A DNA stretch of 64,000 nucleotides from Lytechinus pictus (GCF_037042905.1 NC_087249.1:8930001-8994000), one strand, 5' to 3'; counted from the stretch's first letter, positions 1 through 14,149 are shown. Notes: generated from the letters alone by a model not told the origin. Program-made: numbers and translations.

Positions 1-267
1 GGGGCTGGGGGTCCTTGCCCTTCAAAAAAATTTCACAACCAAGAAAAAAAGAGAAAAGGGAAGGAAGGAAAGAGAGAAGGGTGATATATGATATCATTTT
101 CTGAATATTACATCAAAATCTATCACAAAATGTTATATTTGTATTAAAAAATGTCAAAATTTATTTTGCTCACTCACTCGCAACTTTTTATTAACGTTGC
201 CCAATAGGCCATATCTGGTTCCCTCAAAATTTTATAAGCCACTGTGCATATACTAGATAGTATGCCA

Positions 268-695
268 GTGGCTAGATAATTGCCTCAATTAAACAAGAAT
301 TGAGAGTAAGGGTTTAAATTGAATCAATAAATGTAAAAAAAAAAAAATTATTAACAATGTCAGTAAAGTTTTGAATTATGTAGGATCACAGTTTACATGT
401 ATAACCAATTTCATTTCTTGTTTCCTGTCTTTCCAAAATTTTAGCATACAGGCCAAGTTAGACCACAACTCACAACTCCCTGGTTAGACCATGAACCTAA
501 AAAGTGTCATGACAATGGCCAGATAATTGCCTAAGCCTTAATTACAATAATTCAGAGTTCAAGTTTGAACTAAATCAATTAATGCAAAAAAAATGACACT
601 TTGTAAAAAAAAAGTCAGTTAAGTTTGAATTATGTAGTCATCACAATTTGTCGCCAATTTAGAATGCAAGTAACATCACATGTTCATTTTTCCTC
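268..695. repeat. Diverged local direct duplication (~245-bp spacing)
   Basis: TGGCTAGATAATTGCCT...GTCAGTAAAGTTTTGAATTATGTAG (from ~269) versus TGGCCAGATAATTGCCT...GTCAGTTAAGTTTGAATTATGTAG (from ~516). Confidence 0.7.
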
Positions 696-3600
696 TTGTT
701 TACATATATTTGCCCCTTTTTTCTTGTCTATATGTATCTGCCCCTCCTACCCCCCCCCCCCCATAACAAAGAAATGTTACCATGCAGACTTTCATAGCCC
801 CCATCAGACAGAGTATACAAATTTTAGTTGTTTTTTTTATATATATTCTGAGGTTTTCTAACATATACATGTATCTTCATTCTGATTGTAAGAAATGTGA
901 TTTTTTTTTTAATTTCATCAGACAACCTGCCTCCAGGTTTCAGTTTCTCCTTCAAGCATTGGGGATATTTCCTTGCATGACCACAAAAGTAACTAAGTAG
1001 GGCAAGCACAAAAGAAATCTAATAGACTTCCCATGTGCAGCTCCTTGCACTCAGCGATCTTCTCAGATTCAATCAATAATTTTAAAGGTAGGCCTATACA
1101 TGTATATATAATATTTTTAACCTAGAGGTATATTTTTATTGGGTTAAATGTACCTACTCAGTCCTGTGTACTGCAAGTGATGAATAAAAACTATGCCCTC
1201 GAATTACTCTGTAAAAGAAAATAGTCACTTTTTCAGCCTCCAGTATTTTCTGTAATATAGGCCGTGTCAGACAAAATGCAGAGGGGACCTAAATTCATTT
1301 AATATTTTGGGCCTGCCCATATCAATTATTTTTTATGTAATTCCCCTAAAAATTCCAATCAAATCTGTTCAATGAGTTTTTAAAAAGGTTTTTATGTCAT
1401 TGTGTATACATGCCAATGATAAAAAAAATTTAAAGTTGATCCAAAGGTCAGAAGAGCCACTTTATTGATAAAATAATACAATACTGATGTGGATTTTTTT
1501 TTCCTTCTATTTTTTTTTATTTTGGGGCTGAACTAGCACTCTTACATGTACATGTATGAAGAAAAAGCCTAATACACGGAAAGGAAACGGTCAAATTTAC
1601 AGACAGGTGGCATTAATTAAAATATCTGGAATGATTTCTTCAAAATGTAACAGGCCTACAGGCCAACATGTAGCCTATCATTATAATATACATGTACATA
1701 TATATATCTATATACTGTGACTTGTGAAAAAAAGACTTTTACGTGTATAATTTTCTCACATATAATATATATACAATATATATATACCGACTTGTATCTG
1801 ATGCTTTTGATCTAGGCCAACTTGTGACTGATGATTCCATCAGTTTAGTGAAACAGCCAATGGACAAAGGTAACATTTATAAATCTAAAATAGAAAAGAA
1901 ATATACTCTACTTTTAACATTGTACATACTGAACCTGTATGTACATGCATGTAAATGTAAATTAACGCTATCAACTCAAGGCCAGATAAATGCATTTATA
2001 TAGGCCTACTTATTACAGCACTGTCATTGTGCGTAACTACTGAAAACTAAAAACACACAGAAAGACTTTGGATCCACTCACAGGGGCACAATGACGTGAA
2101 GTGTCCGAAGAATCTTTTCAACTTCCCTACCAACAGGACGCTCTTTCAACACACATGGTACTATATGGTAGTCTAATCAATACACCCCGTTAGTGCAAAG
2201 AATGTGTTCAGACTGTAGGCCAACTGTGCTGTACGTACAGTATTACTATTCACAAAGGGATTTATTCATGAATAGAATCAAAAGCCATTTTGCCTCAAAT
2301 CTCAAGGTTGTTCCTAACAGAGTATATATATATGTACAAGCAAATCAAGCTTTTAGGAGCAATATAATTGGTGTCTGCTCTGTATCTACTTCTACAGGAA
2401 TGAATAACATTTTATAGGCCCGACATTGGTGCTTTACTTAAAGATGTCTGTATTTAAGACTACTGCTAAAACTACAGATATCAATCAATACCGCTCTACT
2501 TGGACAACTATTGAAGACACAATGAGTTATAGCAAGGCCGATCATACTATTCGACGACGCGCCTTAGTGGGTCTACAGAAGTAAAATAAATGTCCATTAG
2601 GCCTACTTGAAATCTAGTGGAATAAATGTCCATGTATTGTAGACTGTTGAAAATTGAACTTAATATCAGATTGATGTAGAATGCTATCAAATGTAGAAGA
2701 CATTTGCTAACTAATTGTAAAGATTTACCTTTTAAACAGAGAGTATGTGCTTATGACTGATGGGCCCAACACAACAGACTAGCAATATGAGATGCAGAGG
2801 CACTACATGTACAGAAATGTCATAGGAACTCAAGTTCTGCACATGAAATTGGTTGTGGATGAATTTGTACAGTATAGTAATTTAGTATTTATAAGCATTA
2901 TTCACTTTAAGCATGGACCTACCATGCTTTAAGGAAATGAGTGCACAATCTAGAAACTGCAATGAAATGTCAAATTCAAATTCAATTCGGTTTTACTAAA
3001 CAATACTCATCAAAAAGTCAGAAGACTAACAATGTGAGTTTACATTTTTTTAAATACATAACAAAGAAATAAATAAATACATAACATGCAGTGACCATTA
3101 AAGAAGAAAAAATACATATTATGTTTAAAATGCAATAATAGTATAAAAAGAAATAGAATGAGGAAGATGCATGTAATAAGACAGATTAAATTCATATATA
3201 CTATATATATATAAAAAAGCAGGTGAGGAGCAAGAAAGGGGAGCAAGAACGGCAAGAGTAAGCATGTGAAAAGGTGAGAATAGAGGGGGTGTAGCAAAAA
3301 ATAAAGGAAAGAGGGGAAAAAGGAATGGAGGAAAAAAAAGAAAGACCCACTAGTAAACAATAAATTGCAGATTACAAATATAAGAATTATGTGTAACTAA
3401 AAAATAAAAAAAAAAATGAAGGAATACAAAGAAAAGATGGAATGTCCAGGAGCCGATTTGGAACACTACAGGAAACAGGTAGTACAGAGGCAGACCCAGG
3501 CACTCACAGGGGAAGAGGGAAGGTGGTACGGGCAATAGACGCGCTCCTCCTCTACAACTCCAGATTCTATACTTTGAATATTACCCATTGAACATACATA

Positions 3601-3894
3601 GTGTACTAATATGTACCTCATTAGTTCAATACTACAAAAAAATGTCAACCCTTCCCCATCTACATGTATTATCGATTTGCCCTTAGACTTTGTATCCCTC
3701 TAATTACAAATTCTAGATCTGCCATAGAAAGAAACATACACTAACGTTGTCACAAAGTGCTACACATGCAATCTGGATGGGCTAAATCTGCCACTGAGCT
3801 ATCATTATCAATTTTTAGAGAGTTGGATTGGTCAACAGGTTTCACAAGTAATATGGCCTATCAGTGACAAAACCCTTTATAAATATTGCAAGAT

Positions 3895-4265
3895 CAGAGA
3901 TGGAGTGGAATTGGAAGGAGGAGGTAGAAGGAGAAGGAGAAGAGGAGCAGGAAAGAGGAGCAGGAGAAAAGAGAGGAGGAGAAGGGGAAGGAGGGGAAAA
4001 TGAAATAGAAAGAGAAGAATGAAGAGAAGCAGGGGAAGGAGAAGGAGGAGGGCAGAAGGATAATAAATAAAAGGAGCAGTGGAAGAAGAAAGGGGGGAGG
4101 AATATGAGAAGGAGAATGAGGAGGAGAAGGAGGAGAAGAAGGAGGAGGAGGAGAAGGAGAAGAAGAAGGAGAAGAAGAAGAAGAAAAAGTAGGAGGAGGA
4201 TGATATCGAGGAGGAAGAAGGTTCTGTCAAAGAAACTAAAGAGGCTAGAGGAGAAGAGTAGGAGA
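3895..4265. repeat. GA-rich low-complexity (GGA/GAA)n
   Basis: Read directly. Confidence 0.9.
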
Positions 4266-4937
4266 GTAATATGCACTGAATTTTTAGTGATACATGTAGT
4301 ATTACTGACCTGCTTTGTATTACTGAACACGTACATTTATGCATCAGAAAATAACTTTAATACACTTAATACTTTCCAATGTCCTTTCAAAGGGAAATTT
4401 GATAGAAAGATGAAGAAAAGAGCCAAAAACACATTTTCAAAGTTTTTCTTTTCTCAAAACAAGAAAATACTGGTCAAAATAGTTGATCAGTAATTTTGCA
4501 AATTTTCCAACTTTTCCCACGGAAAACACACGTTTTCATTGATTCATTTGTCCTTACTTTTTTTATGAATAAAATACAAAATGCATATTTATTCATATAA
4601 AAATCATCAGGCAGCTGAAAGAGCAATAACCTGAATTTTTTTTAATGTATAGTTATGGAATTTTGGAAATCTGTTTTGTTTTTTCTACATTCCTACATTT
4701 TTAAACATTTTGGTCATTAAGAGTGAAAATATGATTTTGCAAATTTAAAAAAAAAATAGTATTGAAAACTTATCATTTCTACAATGACTGTATTCAAAGT
4801 GACAGTCTGAGCATGCTATTTTCGAAAACTCTGCTATAATTTAGTACAAATTAACTTAGTATCCTCACATCTCTCCTCTCCTACCCGTCATGCTCCCTAG
4901 TATCATTTATCAGAAATTGTTTCAGAAATATACTCAC

Positions 4938-5680
4938 CAATTATTGTTTGTAACTTTTAATATTGGGATCCAACTGCATATATGCATAATCCAAATTATT
5001 TTCTCCGTCCACGATGGACATAATTCTTGAGCCATTGCAGAGTTTCCAGGGACATTTTGGCAGCATAAACACGGACACCACCACTTGATTGAGGAGGCTT
5101 CAAGCCTTGCTCAGATTCTTCCACCGCAGCTCCCGGCGGGTGACCCCAGTGGGATTCCGTGGGTCGGGACTGCTCACCTGTGCAACAGACGATCCTAAAC
5201 TTATGTCGTCTAGAAAAAAAAATCGAGCGCACATACGAAACTCCTTCTCCTAATATTTCACAGAATCACATCATTATGCATACACAGTGTCCATTACTTG
5301 ATATGTAATTCACTATAAAATTATTAGAATAGTATATTTCCTTTCAAAATTTTCCGACAGAGTGGCCACACAGGTCTGTGGTCGCCGCAATCTTCAATTA
5401 CCCTACGCTGGCGCAGAACTTCTTTTCTCGACTCTCTCGATTACTGTATATGCAATCCCATACACATGCACACTGTACGAGCCGCGGAGAGATTGGCGAG
5501 CGAAAGTTTTAATCCATGCAATCGAAAAGATGAAGCCATTTGCATACCAATGCTTGCGTAGAAGGGGACTCTTCTTCCTTTCGACAAAGGAACCAATTAA
5601 ACGGAGTTAGCGCTATAGTAACCGCACTGAGGTGTACTGAATAAATAGTGCACGTTCAGGCCCCGTCAAACTTTACGTAA
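4938..5680 (-). promoter_or_regulatory. Candidate promoter/first exon of a leftward transcription unit
   Basis: CpG-rich unique DNA with two strong minus-strand donors (CAG|GTGAGC at 5178/5177, TTG|GTGAGT at 4938/4937). DNA to the left is CpG-poor. Confidence 0.35.
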
Positions 5681-5712
5681 TCTGGGTTTGTATTTTAGCG
5701 TTGTTTAGAAGG

Positions 5713-5947
5713 CAGGGGCGGATCCAGCTTTTTATAAAGGGGGGGGGAGGGTTGGGGTGGTATGCGAGGGAGCGTAGCGACCGAGTCCAAGCGGTCCCCC
5801 TCCCACAGTAGGGAAAATTTTTGAAAATCTGTGTGTGAAAATGGCGTTTTCTTACATCTAAAACACCACTCTTTTTGGTATAGAGGTCGTTGCCAAATTA
5901 ACTCTGTGACATTTGTTCGCCCAACACCCCCCCCTCCCCCAAAAAGA

Positions 5948-5990
<43 letters not shown>

Positions 5991-6114
5991 GAAATAAATA
6001 CATAGAAATAGAATAAAATAAAATTACAAGTTTAAAAAAAAAGATAAGATTTAAAAAAATGGTCCCCGGATTTTTTTTGGGGGGGTTGCAACCCCCCCTC
6101 TAGATCCGCTTCTG
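5713..6114. mobile_element. Non-autonomous DNA element with CAGGGGCGGATCC-type termini
   Basis: CAGGGGCGGATCCAG ... CTAGATCCGCTTCTG, flanked by GAAGG on both sides; internal (AAT)n. Confidence 0.7.
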
Positions 6115-6614
6115 GAAGGGAATATATTTTTTTGGTCCTTTTGGGAAGGGGAAGGTACATGGAGGAGGGGAGGGGCGGTCATTGTAGACCCACGAGAGAA
6201 AAGGGAGTTCCCCTGCATGTTGTTGACAAAATTGCTGACTGTAAATTTGACACGAAAATGCATCTCCCGGGATTTTCTGGTAATAAATTCTAGACTCCTG
6301 CTACTTTCGGAAGGGGAAGGACGACATGTTGCGAATAGTCGCCTACCAATAAAAAATAGTATAGGCCTATGTCTTTTTTTTTTGTGGGTTTGCAACAAAA
6401 TAAAAATAAACTTTAAAAAATGAAATAAACCATTCCATTCTATATAGGACCAATATACGGATTTTTCAAAATCAGTATATTTACACACCAATTCTGCGAC
6501 AAAAGTTTTAAAACTTAAACTTTTCATTGCATCTACGGATTTTTGTCAAAATTGAACACACCTCCCCAACCCCCCCCCCCCCCCCCCCCCCCCGCCCCGA
6601 TCCAGTCTAAGAAA

Positions 6615-7031
6615 GGCCACCGCACACCTTATGACTGTTCGCGATCCAATTTTGGAACAAATCGCATTTTGCTCATTTTCTGAAAATGTGAATGGAACAT
6701 ATCATTTTATTTGAGGTTAAAATCAATTGAAAAAATATTAATATAACCATTTTGACAGATTGCAAGCTGGAGTAAAGGCCAAATTAGTTTCAAATCGTAG
6801 CCAATCGTACGACTGCTATGACCTCATTACGACTAGATATTAAATTTGCTTTTATTTTCTAAGAAGGATGATGGCATAGTCACGGATTTGAACATATAGG
6901 TATTCGTACGATCATGACGATGGTTTAGAACATTACACAGTAAGATATTCCATGTCTCAATATTAGCATCAAATTCTACTACGTTTTATTCTAAAATCGG
7001 ATCGCGAACAGTCGTAAGGTGTGCGGTGGCC
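6615..7031. mobile_element. MITE with ~40-bp TIRs, PIF/Harbinger-like
   Basis: GGCCACCGCACACCTTATGACTGTTCGCGATCC ... GGATCGCGAACAGTCGTAAGGTGTGCGGTGGCC; flanks AAA/TTA. Confidence 0.85.
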
Positions 7032-10000
7032 TTAAGTCTTTCCATATTATATCCCTCTGTTCACCAATTTAATTTGTTTTCCTTCCTTCTTTCCTTCCTT
7101 TCTACTTTCCTTCCTTCTTCTTCCTTTCTTTCTTTTGTTTTCTTTCTTTGTAGTTTCTTCCTTTCTTCCTTCCTTCCTTTCTTTGTTTGTTTATTCATTT
7201 ATTTATTCATTCATTTATTTATTCTCGTCTTTCTCTCTATATTTCTTCATTTCTTTTTTTTTTCTTGTTTTCTGTGTTTCTTTATTTTCATTCTTGTTCT
7301 TGTTTTTTATTTTTCTTTCTTCAGCGGCGTGTTCGGTTACCTTTTAGCATTCCAAAACTGTCATTTTGTTACAAAATAAAAGATTTGGTTATATGATTCC
7401 ATCTTGGTGAAACTACACAAAAAAATAATATTGCAGATTTCAGTTGGATGAAAAATAAGAATTTTGTGGGAATCGAATATTCAGTTTTGCATAATTTTGA
7501 TTAGATGTTTTCAAGTAGTTACCAAAAAGATAGAGCCCCCATCCCCCAAAAAAATCCACTCAAAATGTTCCACTATCATTTTTAATGGCGCTCAAAAGGG
7601 GGAAAATGTGCCGGATGTGCCCCCCCCCCCGGAACCGCCACTGCTTCCTGATGCAATTAGCCATTATTTTTTCGTTGTAACTCATACCGGAATCTTATCC
7701 ACCCATACATGATGAAATCTAGGCTTATAGTATAGTAGAGACTAAACAAACTAATTCTTAATACTATAAGAGAATAAAGATTTCTCAAGGAATTTCTGTG
7801 TTTATATTACATTTTGCATATCATTTATTTTGGTTCATTTTCGTTCCATTTTCATCACATTAATGATCCAATTCATCACATGACTCGTAATTTCATTATT
7901 TCATATATATCTCCAAAGGTATGCAAAAGAATGTGTCACGTTCGCATTCCGTAAGAAATTACAAATATACTTTTTTTAATAATGTATTTTTCGAGCAAAA
8001 CAATTAATGTCTACAATTATTGTTTGCCCACTGAAGGATACAGTAATAAAATTTCACGGTCAATTAACACGATAAAAACCAATCTGGGTGAGAAATCCGT
8101 ATGTTTCAATACAGGCTCTGCATCTCAAACCACTAAAAAATAAGAATATGAAACCATAATCAACCCACTGATATTTCGAGTGTTGACAAAATCGTAGAAA
8201 TTTACAGAATCGAGAAGGTGGTTAGGTGGAAGGACTTTTGCTGCGTGCATATGGGAATACAGCAACCCCTTCTAATATTATATAATTATGTGATATACTT
8301 ATGAATTAATATTTCCATTTCCGTTTTTGTATTATCATGTTTATATAAATGTAACCATGCGTCTGTAAACTCACCGCGATTCGGCTATGGCTATGCCGCA
8401 ATTATTTTTTTTATAAACTAGTTATCTATCTATCTATCATCTAAATGGAAATATTTTTTAAAATCAATTGATAATATTAACAAAATACTTGTGCTGCATG
8501 CATAAGGAATACAGCAACGCCTTCTAGTATAAAAAATTAAAATAGTTTTTAAAATCAATTAATAATATTTACAAATTTACGTTTATTGGTTTGGTTTGTG
8601 TGTGTGCGGTTTTTTTGTTTGGGTGGTATAGGGGTTCGTGTAAGTTTTCGTTCGTATTGGTATTACAATATGATATTTTGTGATTATCAGTTTTATGTAT
8701 TTTAACTATAGGCCTATAACAACTCATCGAGCTCTAGCTGTTTTAGCGGTTTAGTTTTCATTTTGTATTGGTGTGAGGTATGAATAGGTAACTGAAAATT
8801 ATAAGCGATTTTGGCCATTTGGAGAAAGGGCGTTATAAATTTTGGGTATTATTATTTTATTTTTTTATGTTGTGCCCTTTTAAATGCTTACTCTTGTCAA
8901 ACACCAAAAAAACTTGCAGATTTTAAACACTGAAAATGATATTGATTGCATGGTTCTATTAAATTAATAATGAAATAATGAAATAAAATTGAATGAGTAT
9001 TGAATTTAAAAAGTATAATGCACCTACCTACAACCAACCACCCCTCCCCGAACATCCCTTCCCAGTCCAGGAAGAGCGGCCTTCTCCCCTAAACTATCCT
9101 CAGTTCGACGGATACCCCCCCCCCCCCCCCCATCCTTCCTTAATTTCATCTTAAACTCAGCGCCTTTTCAAGCAAGTGTTGATATTTTAGTTTTGATGGT
9201 CATCATCAACAAAGGTTTATTATCATTATAGTCATAAAAAGTCATAAAACCGGCCCATAAACCAGCATTTCTTTTACAATTTATATTCTTGGTAGTTTAA
9301 GAGGGGCTGTAGAGCCAAGTTGATTACATTGATAATGCATGATCATGCCTATAGCACTTGAGTCTTGGAACTCAGGTCTTGTTGGAATGCTCCCCAGTGA
9401 GTGGAGAAGGTGCATTCATTTTGTGCGGGCATGCCAGAGTCCGATGACCGGGGTAACGCAATATTACCTTATTTGGCAACCCATAATAGTGTCCTTATTA
9501 ACTATATCAATTCTTAAGGCCCCTCGGAGAGGACCAAATGTCGTCGTTCATCTGGTAGCTTACACGTACTTGCATACATCTTTTGTCTTTTTTGTAAGCA
9601 GCCAGGCAAAATAACAATAAATCATGAAAACCATAATAAATATGTTGAGCTTTACTCTCACGAAATTTCCCTTTGGTTTTCATTCTTTTCAATCACACAT
9701 CACCATGACAAGAATTGAGCTCTGATACAATGCAATGATGAAACCGCACCGAACAATTTTTATTTCAAGTTCAGATTTGTAGTGTGAATACATTGTCTGT
9801 ATAAGGCAATGACAAGGAAATTGTATTAGGGGTGGGTGGGATAGGTATTTCTTAAGCATTGCGTATGTATTTTTTTGTTATTGTTGTTTTATATGCATGT
9901 ATTTCTGCTATAAAATGACCCCATGGAAGAACAGTGATATTTTGTAGATACCGCTGGATAGGGCTATCCTCCATATTTTGTATGATTCATACTATTTCTT

Positions 10001-10240
10001 AAATTTGAACATGTATATTTTATTCTTTTTATATGGCAATAAAACAAACACTTCAAAAATAAATATATTTTTATGTTTTCACATGGGCATTATAGTCGCT
10101 TTATTCACTGTCAATAGAAATTGATATACTAGTATTGTATAGTACGTAGTGTCGCCCGCCCCACCCCACTCCTCCCCCTTTTCTATCTCACTTACCCTTC
10201 GCTTATTCCTTCTGATACGCCCTCTCTTCACTTTCCAATT

Positions 10241-10976
10241 CAGGGGCGGATCCAGGATTTCCAAAAGGGGGGCGCACATTTTTCCGAGGAAAATTTGACA
10301 AGCAAAAAAAAACCTGTGTATGAACGACATATTGCCATTACAATCTTTGCCATTGACAAGCTTTGTTTTCCAGTGGGTTCCCTTTTTTTCATTTCTATTA
10401 TGATTTTTTGTTTTGCCTAGCAATAAATGCAATCAATCAAAAAATAATATATGCTGTGACTTTCAAAGGGGGGGGGGGGACTCGCACACTTGTGTAAGAA
10501 CGACATATCTACATTATTTCTTTTATTATGGCTCTTAAATGGGGGCACGGGCCGGATTTTTTTCAAAGGTCAAATCATTTGGAATAACCTTCCTTTACAT
10601 AATTATTATAAAAGATAGCCCTTCCCTTTTCGTTTTCAAAAGGAGACTAAAATCATATTTAACTGACAACTACAATACTTAATTTATTTTCTATATTACA
10701 GGCTTTATTGTTACTTTGTTTATGTTACGTATTCAGGTTTTGTGTTGTATATTGTAAGTTTTGTTGTTTTTTGTATAATTTGTATTTTGTTCTGTTGGTG
10801 GCAGCACTAAGCTGTCTCCTCGTTTCATAAATTATTTATATTTATTGTATGTTCCAATTCGTTTTGTAAATGTTATTTTTAATATACGAACGAAATAAAT
10901 GCATATGAATGAATGAATGGATGAATGAATGAATGGATGAATGAGTGGATGTGCCCCCTAATTGGATCCACCACTG
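10241..10976. mobile_element. CAGGGGCGGATCC-type MITE containing a nested LINE 3' fragment
   Basis: Termini CAGGGGCGGATCCA / TGGATCCACCACTG; diverged 8-bp flanks TTCCAATT/TTGCAATC. Confidence 0.7.
10558..10946 (+). mobile_element. CR1/L2-group LINE 3' end with (GAAT)n tail
   Basis: Translates as FKGQIIWNNLP...IKDSPSLFVFKRRLKSYL, a typical post-RT C-terminus, followed by a T-rich UTR, AATAAA and (GAAT)n. Confidence 0.75.
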
Positions 10977-11392
10977 TTGCAATCGGCGTGTATTCATCAA
11001 CTATTCATCTATCACGTCTATCATGGACATATGTAGTTTTATCAATTATTTCGTATATTTTATCTTTTAAACACATCTTTTTTTTTTAAACAATCAGCCT
11101 TCACCTTTCGAATTCCATTTCATTTCATTTAATGAAGGGGAGGAGTGATCAAATATTTTCATCGACTAGATTATAATTTTAATGGATTCATTCTACATGT
11201 TCTACGCTACAAGCATGACAAGGCCCTCGTGCAGCCACGCTGGCTTTCACTCATATAAGCTATTTAACCATGAAGCGTAATTTATGCTCAAAATGTATCA
11301 ATTATCGACGACCAAACTGTCAAAAAATGGAATAAAAATAGTTTCGTTTGCGTAACACGTCATGTTATTGACTGCTGCTTGTACAATATATA

Positions 11393-12359
11393 CAGTGCGT
11401 ATCAAAAAAAGTTTACACTTTGAAATATTTCTATATATATTTGCAACATCCTAAAGCTTTTTATTAATTTTTGTATTGGTTTAATAGGTCTCTTTGATCG
11501 ATTGACGATATAACTATCGAAAAATCTTTTCGCTTCAGTGAGCACCACTTACTTAAAATAAAATCTTGAATAATTATTAGCACACAACTTTAAAATAGTT
11601 ATATGAGTAAAAGTAGATGTTAATCATGAAGAACGCATGGAATTTAGTTAAGACTATTGATTTGAAGATATTATTTTCCTTTTCATCTTGTTACCTTGGC
11701 TAAAACACTGCCTCTAGCGCCACTGGCCCACCCACACACAATAGGCAATTGTGGTGATATCAGTGTTTCGCATGAGACAATAGGCTTGATTTTTTTTCTT
11801 CCCTTATTCCTTGTCCGTCCTGGAGGAATTGTGGAGAAACAAGCATGCTGTAAAGCCCCTTTAAACAACAAATCTTAATAAAGATAAATGCTGGAGATGT
11901 CTGAAATGAATTTATAGTTACATTGATATGTTACATTGATATGTTACATTTTATGTCCGCAGATCCAGCTGGCATAAACAACCCAAAAAATTGTTTACCT
12001 TGACTTAAAATGTTCATTTCCGTCGAAAGGTTGCCGTAGATAAAGATACAATGTAATTGTTTTATCCCATTGACCAAAAAAAAATCTCCCTCAAAAGATT
12101 TTAAAACTAGATAGCACAGTCACTTCGATTATCGTCTTTTCCCATTGACATAGCGTGGAAATCATCATAATGATTTCTGCGAGCTTTACAAAAATGGACG
12201 GTGCTCAATCAAGCGTAAAATTCTGTCAAAAATTATACTTTCATCTGGTAGATGAGACCAAAACCTTACAATATACGTGAAAAAAAAATCCCCATGTTGT
12301 ATTTGATTCAGTTAGGGGGACTTTTTCATAGTGTAAATTTTTCTTATTGATATGCACTG
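11393..12359. mobile_element. Tc1/mariner-type non-autonomous element
   Basis: TA|CAGTGCGTATCAAAAAAAGTTTACACT ... AGTGTAAATTTTTCTTATTGATATGCACTG|TA. Confidence 0.8.
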
Positions 12360-12451
12360 TAGAAAAAAAACCACTTCACATGGTAATGTTATTTTATGTT
12401 CTTTTATCATGTTCGCGTAATGTCACAGATGCGGTCGGGCGTAACGCAACA

Positions 12452-12588
12452 TAGCCTCTTGTCGAGGCCCTGTCGGCTGCTTTCCGAGCGAACATGGCAA
12501 AGCAAGGAAGAGGCCTAATTCGCTTCGCGAATTAGGGAATCCCTCGCTTCGCTCGGGAAGCAGCCGCCAGGGCCTCGACAAGAGGCTA
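12452..12588. mobile_element. 137-bp hairpin MITE with TAG...CTA termini and 9-bp TSD
   Basis: TAGCCTCTTGTCGAGGCCCTG / CAGGGCCTCGACAAGAGGCTA; perfect TSD AACGCAACA at 12443-12451 and 12589-12597. Confidence 0.92.
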
Positions 12589-12600
12589 AACGCAACATTG

Positions 12601-12855
12601 CACTCTAAAAATATATTGGGAAAAAGTGCTCCATGAGGGTGATTATGCGTCCAACCAACATTGGACATTTCTTTTGGGCATTTTTATTTATCCAGTGTGA
12701 TGAAAATTTTGCCCATTCTAAGGCAATTGCTGCTTATTTTTTTTAACCTTACTGGACAATATGCTTCCCGCATTGGGTAAAATACTGCCCAAAATTGGTT
12801 GGACACATAATTACCCTCGTGGTGGTAAAAAATTTACCTAATATTTTTTACAGTG
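12601..12855. mobile_element. CACT-terminated (EnSpm/CACTA-like) MITE
   Basis: CACTCTAAAAA ... TTTTTACAGTG with a 2-bp TG duplication and subterminal TTGGG/CCCAA repeats. A decayed relative lies near 22238-22390. Confidence 0.65.
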
Positions 12856-14149
12856 TGGGTGGGGGCAGCCGCCCCTCAGTCAGTGAGGTTCTATAGGTTA
12901 TAGACTTTTTTGGGGGGGCGGGCGTCTAGGAGCTGAATATGAGAATGGTCATTTGAATTAAAGGAAAATTGTCTATCATTGGAAGCATGATGAGTAAAGT
13001 TTAAAAAATGAGATAGTACAACATAAAGTACGGGGGGAAAATTACACATTTTTGAGCGATCGAAGAGAGCAAACAAAAACGACCCTTTTTGAAACAATAT
13101 TCTAATTTTTTGACAGATCGTATATAGGCAATGGTAAAGTTCTGAAGATTAAAATCATATGTTTGCAATATCAAAATGCATATTATACAAAACAATGATG
13201 TTTTCCAAAGCTTTGAAAATGAATAGAGATTAAACATTTGAGGGAAATGATTCTTCTTTTAGCAATCGCCTTACAAGTCACTATATTAAAATAATTATTT
13301 AATTAAGATAGTCTTTGATGATGGCTGTATTTGTTGGATTTAAATTACAAAAAATCTTGTCTTCTCTCTCAAATTTATGTTTTTAAAACACTTAATTAAA
13401 AAATACTTATCATTATCAATTTCTGAAGTGGAACTGACATACATTTTTGTTTCTAGTGACACGTAATACTCTGCTAAATATTATGTTTTTGTCAACTTCA
13501 AATTGTAATTTTAAGAATAATCTTATGCTACATTTTGGCTACATACCCTCTGCTGAGCTGACACACTTCAAGTTCTGTGTGTTGAAGATTTTAAGAAATG
13601 CTCCATACAGCTAGACACGTCTTCGAAAAAATTAAAAATCGAGAATAGAGATTCGGAATTTTGAGTCTATTTCGTGTCAATGCCTGCCAAGACTCATTCG
13701 TTAAGTGTGATTTTTTTAAATGAAATTCATTATAGAATTTATAGCGGCTGTGGTAATACTAAAACTGCTCTGCAGATCTCCTAAGAGCAACAATCCTTCC
13801 CAAAAGATGAGGGGTGATTACCTTTCTCAAAATGAATATATAACGATTTGGTTACTTTTAAAAGATATTTGCACTTGAATGTATACGAGTTTTTAAAGTA
13901 GGGGAGGCATACAAAGTGGATAATAAATATTGTAAAATGTTGGCATACTTAATGAATTTTGTCCTCCGTGATCGGCCAGGATGAAAGGGAGTAATATTTT
14001 ATGAGGACTATTGTCTGATTTTCACTTACAGAAGATGACTTTTGAATTTGCTTCAGCGTGGTTTGTGTAAACTTGAATATGAATTCAAGTGTTTTGTTAA
14101 ATGGATATTAGCACTGGAAAGTGTAGCGAGGTTAACGACAATTTAAAGC

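Noticed and set aside
3842..4493. Poly-R, poly-L and poly-S ORFs; an E-rich frame is also possible
   Set aside because: GA-rich simple repeat with no splice or domain support.
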